From: Candidatus Woesearchaeota archaeon
GTDB taxonomy: Archaea > Nanobdellota > Nanobdellia > SCGC-AAA011-G17 > JAGVZF01
Direction: 5' to 3'
Length of the DNA stretch: 64,000 nt
NCBI GenBank assembly: GCA_018302785.1
Contig: JAGVZF010000013.1
Span: 10,787-74,786, forward strand
A program made the position numbers and the translations under genes. The notes under the pieces were generated by a model, which was given only the letters and a program-made list of their open reading frames with translations, had not been told where the DNA came from and did no database searches. How positions within the stretch are numbered: position 1 is the stretch's first letter; every line of letters starts with the position of its first letter. Positions 54,095 to 63,280 of this stretch are shown here, one piece after another.

Positions 54095-54192
54095 TTCACC
54101 TCTTTTAATATTACATCAAAAATTAACTCGAAGAATATATATATATATATCGTTATTCTCATTAAGTAGTTATTTAGTGAAAAAGAATTTAT

Positions 54193-54888
54193 CTAATTAT
54201 TATTTCTGTCATCAATAGGTTCTGCATCTTTAACTAACATATAAACATAATCATAATCAATTCCATCTTCATTGACAATATCATACACTTCAATTTCTAA
54301 ATCATTTAATTCTTTACTATTATCCAAAACAAAAGTTGCTTTTTTTCCGTTGACATCTAGAACTGCTCTGTCAGTTCCTCTTAAATCAACAGTAATTATT
54401 TTACCATCAAAATTTATTTTATCTTTGACATTAAAAACATATCTATATTTTTTTCCAACAGTTTGGGATTTCTTAAATTCTAAAACAAAATTATTTTCAT
54501 CAATTATCTTAATTATCCTTAAGTCAACATCAACACCTCTAATAGTTCTTAATTCATGCAAAGGTAATCTTATATTTTCACCATCAATTTCTAAAACTAC
54601 ATTATTATCATTTATTTCTTTAGCAAATATAATTCTACCATCAATATTTCTTCCTTCCCCATTTTCAAGTAAATATTCAAATTTATTTAAATTAACAATA
54701 ATTCTTTCATCTTGAATAGTATTATCTTCTTCATTTACTGGTTTTTCTTCAACCTTATCATCATCCTTATTTGTATCAATAACACTCCCACCAGTAACAG
54801 AATCATTTTCATTACTAATTTTATTGCATCCAGAAATAACTAACAATAAAACTAATACAATTCCTAGATATTTTATTTGAAATTTCAT
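54193..54888 (-). CDS. Lipoprotein-like secreted protein, unknown function
   Basis: Lipobox-like LLLVISGC; acidic linker. Confidence 0.45.
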   Translation of the reverse strand: MKFQIKYLGIVLVLLLVISGCNKISNENDSVTGGSVIDTNKDDDKVEEKPVNEEDNTIQDERIIVNLNKFEYLLENGEGRNIDGRIIFAKEINDNNVVLEIDGENIRLPLHELRTIRGVDVDLRIIKIIDENNFVLEFKKSQTVGKKYRYVFNVKDKINFDGKIITVDLRGTDRAVLDVNGKKATFVLDNSKELNDLEIEVYDIVNEDGIDYDYVYMLVKDAEPIDDRNNN

Positions 54889-55105
54889 ATAATTAATCTA
54901 TATTCTTTAGTATATAATATTTTTCATTTTACAAAATTATTGTTAAAGTCGACCAAAATAGAAACATTTATATAGTAGTATATGTTACTATTATTCAGTT
55001 ATATTATTAAGAAACATTGATAAGTTTTCTTTTTACAATTACAAAATTGTTCTTTAAGAGAAAGCTATATTAAGAGTTTCTTTGAAAACGGGGGGAAATC
55101 CTAAA

Positions 55106-55198
55106 ATGGTTAAACAAAAAACCAAAGTGTCTAGAAAGAAGTCAAGAGCTGTTAAAGCTAAAACTTCAAGAAAGACATCAAGAAAAAAGAAAAGGTAA
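55106..55198 (+). CDS. Possible 30-aa highly basic peptide (MVKQKTKVSRKKSRAVKAKTSRKTSRKKKR)
   Basis: Own translation. Preceded by a GGGGG purine-rich element 8 nt upstream. May be spurious. Confidence 0.25.
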   Translation: MVKQKTKVSRKKSRAVKAKTSRKTSRKKKR

Positions 55199-55224
55199 GC
55201 ATTTAGCTTACTTTTTTTCTTTTT

Positions 55225-56181
55225 TCATATTAATATTTTTCCATTATTAATTATAATTTTATTATCTAATTTTACTGTTACATTTTTAATTATTATGTCA
55301 AGATGTATTGTAGAATCAATAGTTCCACCTTCATAACTTGTATTATCACCAAAAGCAAAATGACATGTTCCTAAGACCTTTTCATCTTCTAGTGTACAAC
55401 CACTAATTTTTGCATATGGATTAGTTCCAATTCCAAATTCAGCTAAATTATAAGCATTTTTTGAGTTATCTACTCTATTAACTTCATCTAATAATTTTTT
55501 CAATTTAATTCCATCATTATTTTCTTGTATGTTTTTAATAAAACCATTTTCAATTTGAATTTTAGTTGGAATTTTAATTACATCACCACAGTAATCAGCA
55601 ACAATAATTCCACTTGCAGTTCTCTCGACAGGAGCAACAGAAGTTTCTCCAGCAGGTAAATTAGAAAAGCTTCCATAATCCTTTAGAGTTCCTGTATCTG
55701 CAGAAGCTTTATTTCCTAGTTTAAATGTAATATTAGTTCCATTATTGCTTGTAATTGTTGCAGTTTTAGTCTTGTCTAAGAATTTAGTTAATAACTCAGT
55801 AGTGTATTTAATTGAGCTATAATCAAATTGCATTGTCCTTAAAAAAACTTCTTCAGTAATCCCTGGCATAGTAGCTATTCTTGCTCCATTCTTAGTTGCA
55901 TTTCTTCTAGCATTAGTATGGGTTATACTCTTAGTTGTTGGGGCAATAATAACATCAGAAAATAACATTGCATGAGCAACAGCTCTGGGAGGTTCTTCAC
56001 CATCAAATCGTCTAGGCACCATTTCCATTATTATTGGATCTAATCCTATATCTAATGCTTCTTTATAAATTGCTAAAGCAATATTCTTCTTATTAACATC
56101 AGTAATTATTAAAATATCTTCACCTTTTTTTGTTTTAAAACAATTTAAAGTATTTTTTGCACTCAATTGCAAATTTCCCAT
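55225..56181 (-). CDS. M29-family (aminopeptidase T/PepS-like) metallopeptidase
   Basis: LPAGETSVAP, AEFGIGTNP, LEDEKVLGTCHFAFGDN, and DSTIHLDIII. Confidence 0.65.
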   Translation of the reverse strand: MGNLQLSAKNTLNCFKTKKGEDILIITDVNKKNIALAIYKEALDIGLDPIIMEMVPRRFDGEEPPRAVAHAMLFSDVIIAPTTKSITHTNARRNATKNGARIATMPGITEEVFLRTMQFDYSSIKYTTELLTKFLDKTKTATITSNNGTNITFKLGNKASADTGTLKDYGSFSNLPAGETSVAPVERTASGIIVADYCGDVIKIPTKIQIENGFIKNIQENNDGIKLKKLLDEVNRVDNSKNAYNLAEFGIGTNPYAKISGCTLEDEKVLGTCHFAFGDNTSYEGGTIDSTIHLDIIIKNVTVKLDNKIIINNGKILI

Positions 56182-56418
56182 AAGAATTTAAGTAAATCTC
56201 GAATTTATAAATCTTTTTTAAAATTAGGCTTTGCATAAAATCTAGACCTCTTTCTGTGCAAGATAAAGTTCTGCACAATTTTTAAAATCAATCTCAATAC
56301 CGAGCTCAAAGCTTTCATGGACTAAAACACAAATATTATGGGCAAGGCATTTGCACAATAACTCCAATTTTGCACAAAAAGCTAATAATTTGGTTAGTTT
56401 TTATTCTCTAAAGACTAT

Positions 56419-57189
56419 TTATCTATAAAGAGATTTGATTTTACCCCAACTAGTTTGATCTATTGTGGCTGGATCGCACGGTTGTATATCCCTAACAATA
56501 TTGCTTATTCTAATCTCGTCAATTACGCCAGGGAATGGAAGAGGTCTCCAATAACATCTTCCCATGTAAAGGATTTCTGAATGGTCCAATGGACTTATTT
56601 CGTCGGGGTCAGTAATTGCTCCATCAAGCACCCCATTTATAAAGAGCTGTGTAGTTCTTCCATCACAAGTCGCCGCCAAGTAGTACCATCGTTCTAGTTC
56701 TAAGTTAGTATTACTCCTTAATGACCCAGAAGACTCAAGTCCTGAAGGTACAAAAACTTTGATTTTATCTCCTTCAACATGGAAGTGAAAAGTACGACCC
56801 CCAATTATCTCTCTTACTGTATTGTAGGAGTGCAATTTTACCCAAGCCTCTACAGTCACTTCATATTCAAGATTCAACCTATCTCTTACATCTATGCTGA
56901 CATAAGATCTTTCATCATCAAATGTTAAAGCGTGACCATCAAATGAATCTGACAACCAATGTGGATTAAAAATTATTCCATTATTGCCCAAGTTTGAACT
57001 ATCATAAATAGAATCTCCGCTACCTTCATCAAGATGCCATAGACCTACTGTAGCTGAATCTGCTTCAAAAGGTCTGCATTGTGCACTTGAATATTTATTA
57101 AAACCAAGAATTCCTATACCGACCCCTAATGAAACTAAAGATCCTTTAACTAATTTTTCAAGTGATTTCTTAACCATTATAACTCTCAA
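56419..57189 (-). CDS. Secreted LamG/concanavalin-A-like lectin domain protein
   Basis: Signal. LWHLDEGSGDSIYDSSNLGNNG, HALTFDD..SYVSI, VEAWVKL, LFINGVLDG, and IDEIRISN. Visibly higher GC than its neighbours. Confidence 0.65.
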   Translation of the reverse strand: MRVIMVKKSLEKLVKGSLVSLGVGIGILGFNKYSSAQCRPFEADSATVGLWHLDEGSGDSIYDSSNLGNNGIIFNPHWLSDSFDGHALTFDDERSYVSIDVRDRLNLEYEVTVEAWVKLHSYNTVREIIGGRTFHFHVEGDKIKVFVPSGLESSGSLRSNTNLELERWYYLAATCDGRTTQLFINGVLDGAITDPDEISPLDHSEILYMGRCYWRPLPFPGVIDEIRISNIVRDIQPCDPATIDQTSWGKIKSLYR

Positions 57190-57341
57190 TTAATGTATAT
57201 ACTGCAGTATATAGGTTGTTTATAAAGCTTGCTTTCTTAATTACTAACAGTAATGTCAGACTCAAAATAAATATATAATATACAAAACAATTAATTGGTA
57301 TGAGAAACACAATTTTGACTATTTGATGTGCAAACCATAAA

Positions 57342-57578
57342 TTACTTAATGTCTAATGCTTTTTTTAATGCTGGTTTATCAAATCCAATAATAATTTGGC
57401 TATCAATATCAATTACAGGCACTCCTAGTTGTCCAGACTTCTCAACCATTTCATGCGCTGCTTTTTCATCTTCTTCAACATTAATTTCTTTATATTTAAC
57501 ATTATTCTCTTTAAAAAATTCCTTAGTGGCTTTACACCAGACGCAATGGCTTGTGGTAAATATAGTAACATTATGCAT
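57342..57578 (-). CDS. Glutaredoxin/NrdH-like small redoxin
   Basis: VTIFTTSHCVWCKATKEFF...GVPVIDI..IIGFD. Confidence 0.8.
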   Translation of the reverse strand: MHNVTIFTTSHCVWCKATKEFFKENNVKYKEINVEEDEKAAHEMVEKSGQLGVPVIDIDSQIIIGFDKPALKKALDIK

Positions 57579-57590
57579 AGATTATTCCTC

Positions 57591-58409
57591 CTAATCTTTA
57601 ATATAGGAATCTAGAACTTCTTTAAGTATTTTTTGTTTTCTCTTTATTGAAAAATTAATTAAATTATGATATCTAACTAAATTTTCTTTACCATAAATAT
57701 AAACTTCATACTGCATTTTAGTACTTCCAAACCCAGAATGAATCCTACTTTTGATTTTATGATTTATTCTAAGATCACTCAAAAATTTACATAATAAATT
57801 AACAGTATCTTTATTAGAATTAGAAAATGAAATCCACCTGCAAGCTCTGCGTCTATTGGATAAATTGTAACCAGCTACTGAACCTTCTGAATCAAAAAGG
57901 CCTTTCAAAAAGTATATTTTGTGGTTTTTATTGGGAAAAGAGTTTTCATTAAATGCAAATTGTCTTATGAATTTAGCTACCTCAACAGAGCTTAAACGTA
58001 CATGATATAAATTATTATAGCCTAAACCAAAACTTACTGGTAGCTTAGCCCACCTTTCCAACTTTTCTTTAAAGTAAATAGCGAAATCTTTATCTTTAAC
58101 ACGAAGAATTAATCCTGCTGAAGTTCCATGTGAAGATTTACTGTAAAAACAATGACCATCACCACGCTCTACTCCTAATATGTATGCTAGTTCTTTGGAG
58201 GATCTGAAGGCAGATTTTGGAAGTCTATGGTGTTTTATATCATTTATTTTCAATCCAGCTGCCTTTTTAGATCTGTTGAATCCTCCAAAATATCTTAAGC
58301 AAGCTTGATATAGTATTGCAGGAATTTCTCGAGCACTTGGAGAATGTTTTAATTCTTTGCTTCTAGCCTTTAGTTCAGCAACAATCTTTTTCTTAGACCA
58401 CTTTTTCAT
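57591..58409 (-). CDS. Free-standing double-motif LAGLIDADG homing-endonuclease-like protein
   Basis: LAYILGVERGDGH and IYFLKGLFDSEGSV. N-terminal repeat RSKELKHSPSAREI...YFGGFNRSKKAAGL. Confidence 0.7.
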   Translation of the reverse strand: MKKWSKKKIVAELKARSKELKHSPSAREIPAILYQACLRYFGGFNRSKKAAGLKINDIKHHRLPKSAFRSSKELAYILGVERGDGHCFYSKSSHGTSAGLILRVKDKDFAIYFKEKLERWAKLPVSFGLGYNNLYHVRLSSVEVAKFIRQFAFNENSFPNKNHKIYFLKGLFDSEGSVAGYNLSNRRRACRWISFSNSNKDTVNLLCKFLSDLRINHKIKSRIHSGFGSTKMQYEVYIYGKENLVRYHNLINFSIKRKQKILKEVLDSYIKD

Positions 58410-58518
58410 TAAATACTAATCAACCTTCTCTAATAAAAGTATTTGTTCAAAGCAAAAACAGTATTGGAAAATGTACAAAGAAAACTAGATTTAAATACTA
58501 ATTTAATTCATAAAAAAT

Positions 58519-59229
58519 ATGCAGCAAAATAGATTTTGGGAAATAGATTTCTTTAGAGGACTTGCTGTTTTCTTAATGATTATTTATCACTTTATATTTG
58601 ATCTAAATTATTTTAACTTTATTTCAATTAATATGTATTCCGGATTTCTAGGAATATTACAAAAATTTATTGCAATAACTTTCATTTCATTAGTTGGAAT
58701 ATCATTAAGTTTAAGTAGTAAAGCAAAAAGCAAAAAGCAAAATTTCAAAAGAGGTCTTTTAATATTTTCACTAGGATTAATCTTAACTTTATTAAGCTAT
58801 ATATTTGTTAAAGAGTCTGTAATTTACTTTGGAATTCTCCATCTAATAGGAATTTCAATAATTATATCAATACCATTTTTAAAATATTTTAAGCTTAATC
58901 TTTTTCTTGGGATATTAGTTTTAATCTTTAATAAGTTTATTTCTTCCATCTCTGTAAATTATAAATGGTTAATACCTATTGGAATTAGATATCCTAACTT
59001 TAAAACCCTAGATTATTTTCCATTAATACCTTGGTTTGCATTAGTATTATTTGGAATCTTTATTGGAAAAATATTATATGATGAAAATAGAAAGTTTAAA
59101 TTCATTAATGAACCAAAAATATTTATTATTAATATATTTAAATTTCTTAGTAAAAATTCATTAACCATATATTTATTACATCAACCAATTATGATAGCAA
59201 TTTTATATTTAATTAAATCAATAAAATAA
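58519..59229 (+). CDS. DUF1624/heparan-alpha-glucosaminide N-acetyltransferase-like membrane protein
   Basis: RFWEIDFFRGLAVFLMIIYHF, and multiple TM. Confidence 0.55.
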   Translation: MQQNRFWEIDFFRGLAVFLMIIYHFIFDLNYFNFISINMYSGFLGILQKFIAITFISLVGISLSLSSKAKSKKQNFKRGLLIFSLGLILTLLSYIFVKESVIYFGILHLIGISIIISIPFLKYFKLNLFLGILVLIFNKFISSISVNYKWLIPIGIRYPNFKTLDYFPLIPWFALVLFGIFIGKILYDENRKFKFINEPKIFIINIFKFLSKNSLTIYLLHQPIMIAILYLIKSIK

Positions 59230-59799
59230 TTATCTTCTTCTTTTATGTTTATTTTGCTTAATAGAATCAAAATTATTATAAATTAAATATAACATTACTA
59301 ATGCAACTATTATATAAATTAAGAATAACCAGTCTGTGCTTTCAGTAGGGGACTTATCAATATTTTGAACTATAGCAATTTTCATAAAAGAAGGAGAACT
59401 AGTCCCACTACCACTTACTGTGATATTTATAGAAGCAGTATTATTAAAGTAAAAAGGATCTAAAGCGCCATCTGTTGGATAAGAAAAAACTCTAAATCCA
59501 TGCAAACCAGCAACACTAGGAATAAAATTAAATGACCTTGGTATTCTCTGACCAGGATTAATCAAAACACAACAACCACTACCCCCAGTTCCTCCCCTTG
59601 GAGTACTAATTTCATTACCAAAAGATACTCTTACAGTATCAGGTCCACTATTTGCTATCACATAATTTACTGTAATTAATTCTCCAATTCTTGGATTAGT
59701 TGGATTTACAATAAATGATTCAATTCCAATATCAGCACTTGCTGCAAATACAAAACTACTAAGAATCACAAAAGTCAACAAGTAAATTAATTCTTTCAA
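59230..59799 (-). CDS. Secreted CARDB-like domain protein with a C-terminal SSPSFMK-TM-basic anchor module
   Basis: Signal. IESFIVNPTNPRIGELITVNYVIANSGPDTV. C-terminus GSGTSSPSFMKIAIVQNIDKSPTESTDWLFLIYIIVALVMLYLIYNNF...KHKRRR. Confidence 0.6.
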   Translation of the reverse strand: MKELIYLLTFVILSSFVFAASADIGIESFIVNPTNPRIGELITVNYVIANSGPDTVRVSFGNEISTPRGGTGGSGCCVLINPGQRIPRSFNFIPSVAGLHGFRVFSYPTDGALDPFYFNNTASINITVSGSGTSSPSFMKIAIVQNIDKSPTESTDWLFLIYIIVALVMLYLIYNNFDSIKQNKHKRRR

Positions 59800-59888
59800 A
59801 TTTAAACACCTTTTATTTAAACTAAAATATTTACTTATAAATTATTTGGTGCCACTATTTAATGTCAATTAAAAATAAAAAAGAAATT

Positions 59889-60311
59889 TTATTCAACAAT
59901 TAGTTTTCCTTGCATATCACTATGTCCTGATCCACAGAGAACGCTGCAAAAGAATGTAAATTCTCCTTTCTTATCAGCAGTAAACTCAATAGTTTCTGTT
60001 TTTCCAGATTCTAATTTCTTATTAATATTATAGTCACTTATAGCAAATCCATGTGCCACATCTTCACTAGTTATTATTAATTTCACTTTGTCTCCTTGCT
60101 TCACTTTAATAATAGATGGTTCAAATTCAAATTTTCTAGCTTTCATATTAATTACTACTTGATTTGCAGTAGTACCAGTATTCATATTATTATTTTCATT
60201 CACTTGATTATTACTATTATTATCTTGGTTATTAGAAGTATTAGTTTGTTGTTGACATCCAGAAACTACTAAAGTCATTGCTAATAATACTATTAAAAGA
60301 TATTTTAACAT
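59889..60311 (-). CDS. Lipoprotein-type cupredoxin with a canonical CuA-site spacing (COX2/NosZ-like domain)
   Basis: Lipobox LVVSGC. H-x34-C-x3-C-x3-H-x2-M counted directly (VAHGF...FFCSVLCGSGHSDM). Confidence 0.7.
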   Translation of the reverse strand: MLKYLLIVLLAMTLVVSGCQQQTNTSNNQDNNSNNQVNENNNMNTGTTANQVVINMKARKFEFEPSIIKVKQGDKVKLIITSEDVAHGFAISDYNINKKLESGKTETIEFTADKKGEFTFFCSVLCGSGHSDMQGKLIVE

Positions 60312-60323
60312 TTTAAATCCTCC

Positions 60324-61169
60324 TTAAACTTTTATTATTTTATTTGTTTTTAAATCTTTATATGTACCCATAGTTTCTACGTTTCTAAAAACTAGTGTTC
60401 CATCATCAGCTGTATCTCCCACACTACTCCAAATAAAATCAAATTGTGGATAATCCATAGCCTCTTTTGACAATAAAATTGTAGGAATCTTAGTTATTTT
60501 ATACTTTTGTATTAATTCTTTTCCTTCTTTAGAATTTATATCAATTTTCTCTTCATTTTTTATATACATTTTAATTTTTGCAATAGCTAATTTATGCTTT
60601 GTTACATCATAGCATTCTTTGCAATTTTCATCATATAACATAATTAAATTTACTATTCCTTTAATTTCATTAGTTTTTAAATCTAAATAAGGTGGATTTA
60701 TATTTCTTAATACAAAATAACCATCATTTTCTACAGTTCCAACTTTATCCCAAATATCAGTAATTACTTTATATTTAGATGCTTCTGGACTTAATATTAA
60801 TGCAGGAATTTTTTCGATTTTATATTTATTTATTAATTTATCTGCTTCAGCAAAACTATATTTTTTTTCATCATTGAATTTTATATTTAAATTTTTAAAT
60901 TCACTAACTGCTATACTCATATCAATACATTCTTTACAATTTTCATTTTCTATAATTACTAGGTTAATAGAAGGCAAACTTTGATTGCTTAAACCTCTAA
61001 TTTTATTTACCTCATCATTAGTATATTTCTCCAGCTGATAAATTTGTACAAAATTATAAGAAATTAATAATATGATTATAAGAAAGATAGAATATAAAAA
61101 ATGTTTATTATTAACAATTTTTAAGTTAATATGATAATTCTCCCTTTTTTTATTACTATTAATGTCCAT
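60324..61169 (-). CDS. Membrane-anchored protein with two tandem thioredoxin-like repeats, each with CKEC
   Basis: ENENCKECIDMS...KIPALILS...DGYFVLRNI..YLDLKTNEI, and YDENCKECYDVT...KIPTILLS...DGTLVFRNV..YKDLKTNKI. Confidence 0.6.
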   Translation of the reverse strand: MDINSNKKRENYHINLKIVNNKHFLYSIFLIIILLISYNFVQIYQLEKYTNDEVNKIRGLSNQSLPSINLVIIENENCKECIDMSIAVSEFKNLNIKFNDEKKYSFAEADKLINKYKIEKIPALILSPEASKYKVITDIWDKVGTVENDGYFVLRNINPPYLDLKTNEIKGIVNLIMLYDENCKECYDVTKHKLAIAKIKMYIKNEEKIDINSKEGKELIQKYKITKIPTILLSKEAMDYPQFDFIWSSVGDTADDGTLVFRNVETMGTYKDLKTNKIIKV

Positions 61170-61171
61170 AT

Positions 61172-61642
61172 CTAATTACTTAAGGTACATTCTGTTATAG
61201 AACTTAATCTCGATAAGGATTGAACTCCCACATATTTTTCTGCATTATAAATCCATGTTGGATATCCTTCAACTTGAGCATTAGCACAAGCTTCTTTTTC
61301 TTTAGTACATTCTACATAATTTACATATTTAAATGACTTTCCAAACATCTTTTTTTGAGCTTTACAATTAGGACACCAATCTGCCCCATACATTTTAATT
61401 CCTTTTTCACTTAAACATTTAGCAAAATCATCATATTGTCCAGGCTTACTATAATAAGAAACTGAGGCATAAACGATAGAAGCTAAAATTATGATGATTA
61501 TAGAATAAATTATGATTTTTTTACTATGTTTTTTCTTTTCGTGTTTTACTGGCTCTTCTTCCTTTTCTTGATGTGCCATTAATCTTCTTTTATGTTTACT
61601 TAAGTATTTATCTTCCATATTATGAAAAACATCCTTGGACAC
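61172..61642 (-). CDS. Membrane-anchored thioredoxin-like protein (WCPNC) of the kind fused to VKOR in other lineages
   Basis: MYGADWCPNCKAQKKMFG..YVECTKEKEACANAQVEGYPTWIY. The true start may be the internal Met. Confidence 0.65.
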   Translation of the reverse strand: MSKDVFHNMEDKYLSKHKRRLMAHQEKEEEPVKHEKKKHSKKIIIYSIIIIILASIVYASVSYYSKPGQYDDFAKCLSEKGIKMYGADWCPNCKAQKKMFGKSFKYVNYVECTKEKEACANAQVEGYPTWIYNAEKYVGVQSLSRLSSITECTLSN

Positions 61643-61847
61643 TAGAAGGAACTTCTCTTAAAGACTCTGGAACTTCATTTGAGTTCTGAGTATCTTTTAC
61701 TATTTGATTACTCTCAAGATTTAAGTCCTTACTAATTTCCTTAATATCATTAAAATTCTTTTTTAAATTATAAATTTGAATAGTTTGAATTACTGTAAAA
61801 ATTATTAAAAATACAAGTACTCCAAAAATAATAAAGTTTTTCCTCAT
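61620..61847 (-). CDS. Small membrane-anchored protein ending in SSVQGCFS (architecture like the MVGGC proteins)
   Basis: Trimmed to Met14 (MRKNFIIFGVLVFLIIFTVIQTIQIYNLKK...). Polar linker, and a C-terminal Cys. Confidence 0.4.
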   Translation of the reverse strand: MRKNFIIFGVLVFLIIFTVIQTIQIYNLKKNFNDIKEISKDLNLESNQIVKDTQNSNEVPESLREVPSSVQGCFS

Positions 61848-61869
61848 TTTTAATAAAAAAATAAAAAAT

Positions 61870-62709
61870 TTAAAGCTGTGCGTCAATCACTGCTTTAAAT
61901 GTCTCAAAAGGATATGCTCCAGCAATTCTAAACTGAACATATTTTCCATCTTCACTTTCAGTATACACTAAAGATTGTCCGTTATCCATTCCTTTTAATG
62001 CATCTACGTCAACACTACCTTTCTCTGCAATTACATAAAATCCTGGAGTTCCTGAAATTCCTGCATTAGATCCTTCACTTAAGTCATTATCAATTTCTGC
62101 TGTAGTTCCTTTATCTAAACAACTATCAAATTTCTTAGAATCTAACTTTAAGTCTTTAGCAATTTGTTTAAACATGTCAATTGCCTTATCATTACCACTC
62201 CATTCTGGATTTTTCTTAAATAATTCATCATGATACTCCCAATACTTATTTTGCTCTAAAGCACAATTTGCAGCTTCAGCAGCTTTTTGAGCTTGTGGAT
62301 GAATTTGTCTTAATGGATAATCCTTATAAACTAATTTTACCTTTCCAGTTTTAATATATTGTTCTTCTAATTGTGGTAATGTTCCTGTATAAAATCTCTC
62401 ACAGAAAGGACATTGATAATCGCTATATTCTATAATTGTAATCTTAGCATTTTTATCTCCCCTTACAGGATCATCTCCAATAGATAAAGAAACCTTTGAA
62501 GGATTTGTATTCCCTTGTGTTGGTCCAGCAGCAGTTGGATTATTATTGCCTGAGTTGTCTACAACAGCAGCTCCTGTTCCATCATTATTAAATCTAAAAC
62601 CACTTGTAAATATAGAAATTATTAAAAGTAAGCCTAAAACAGCGCTTAAACCTTGCCATATTGTTACTTTTTTAATTTTAAAAGATTCTTTTTCTGTATT
62701 TTCTTCCAT
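61870..62709 (-). CDS. DsbA/BdbD-like extracytoplasmic thiol-disulfide oxidoreductase
   Basis: N-terminal TM. AKITIIEYSDYQCPFCERFY. Confidence 0.8.
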   Translation of the reverse strand: MEENTEKESFKIKKVTIWQGLSAVLGLLLIISIFTSGFRFNNDGTGAAVVDNSGNNNPTAAGPTQGNTNPSKVSLSIGDDPVRGDKNAKITIIEYSDYQCPFCERFYTGTLPQLEEQYIKTGKVKLVYKDYPLRQIHPQAQKAAEAANCALEQNKYWEYHDELFKKNPEWSGNDKAIDMFKQIAKDLKLDSKKFDSCLDKGTTAEIDNDLSEGSNAGISGTPGFYVIAEKGSVDVDALKGMDNGQSLVYTESEDGKYVQFRIAGAYPFETFKAVIDAQL

Positions 62710-62783
62710 CTTAAAATCCCCCTAAAAATTATAAATCAATAACAATTTAACTATTATTTAAAGCTTATGGTAAATAAATTCTA

Positions 62784-63158
62784 CTAAAGTTTAGGAACTT
62801 TTATAATTACCAATCTAGCTGTTTTACTTGAATTATGTTGGTGTGGTTCTTTAGTTGGTATAAATAACCAATCTCATTCCTTAACTAAATAGATAATTCC
62901 ATTAACAATTTCATTATTTACTATTTCTCTACCACAAATAAACTCAACTTCTCCTTCTAAACAATACCATAAATCAGCTTCATTTTCATGAATTTCCGGT
63001 AAATTATTCAAAACTTCAGAATATTCTATAATACTTAATGGGATATTATTTTCTTTAGAAAAACTTTTTATAGGCTCTAAATGCTTAGTTTCTTTTGTTA
63101 CTTTACTCTTTAAACTTTCTTCTATAGTTTCTTTTTTAATTAAAACTGATTTTGGCAT
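62784..63158 (-). pseudogene. Cupin-fold gene interrupted by an in-frame TGA (62874-62876)
   Basis: Upstream: IHENEADLWYCLEGEVEF. After the TGA, the same frame continues DWLFIPTKEPHQHNSSKTARLVIIKVPKL* (cupin motif 2, P-x-x-x-PH-x-x-N). Confidence 0.6.
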
Positions 63159-63280
63159 AGTCTATTATTATTAAGTGTGTGTATAAATAATACCATAATA
63201 TATTTTACTACCAATAGTTAAACATAAAATTTATAAGCAAGTTCTATATAGAAGCAGTCTTATAAGGTGATTTATTTAAG

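Noticed and set aside
54135-54150. (AT)8 microsatellite upstream of the beta-helix protein gene (a shorter one lies near 21236-21250)
   Set aside because: It is a simple low-complexity tract expected in AT-rich intergenic DNA. It is possibly part of a TATA region but not distinctive enough to call.
62874-62876. Genome-wide UGA reassignment (code 4/25) suggested by the in-frame TGA in the cupin gene
   Set aside because: TGA is used as a genuine terminator in this window, often in ATGA stop/start overlaps with the next gene (4371-4373, 9460-9462, 20696-20698). None of the conserved genes I read (copA, pyrG, RNR, TFB, r-proteins) contains an in-frame TGA.
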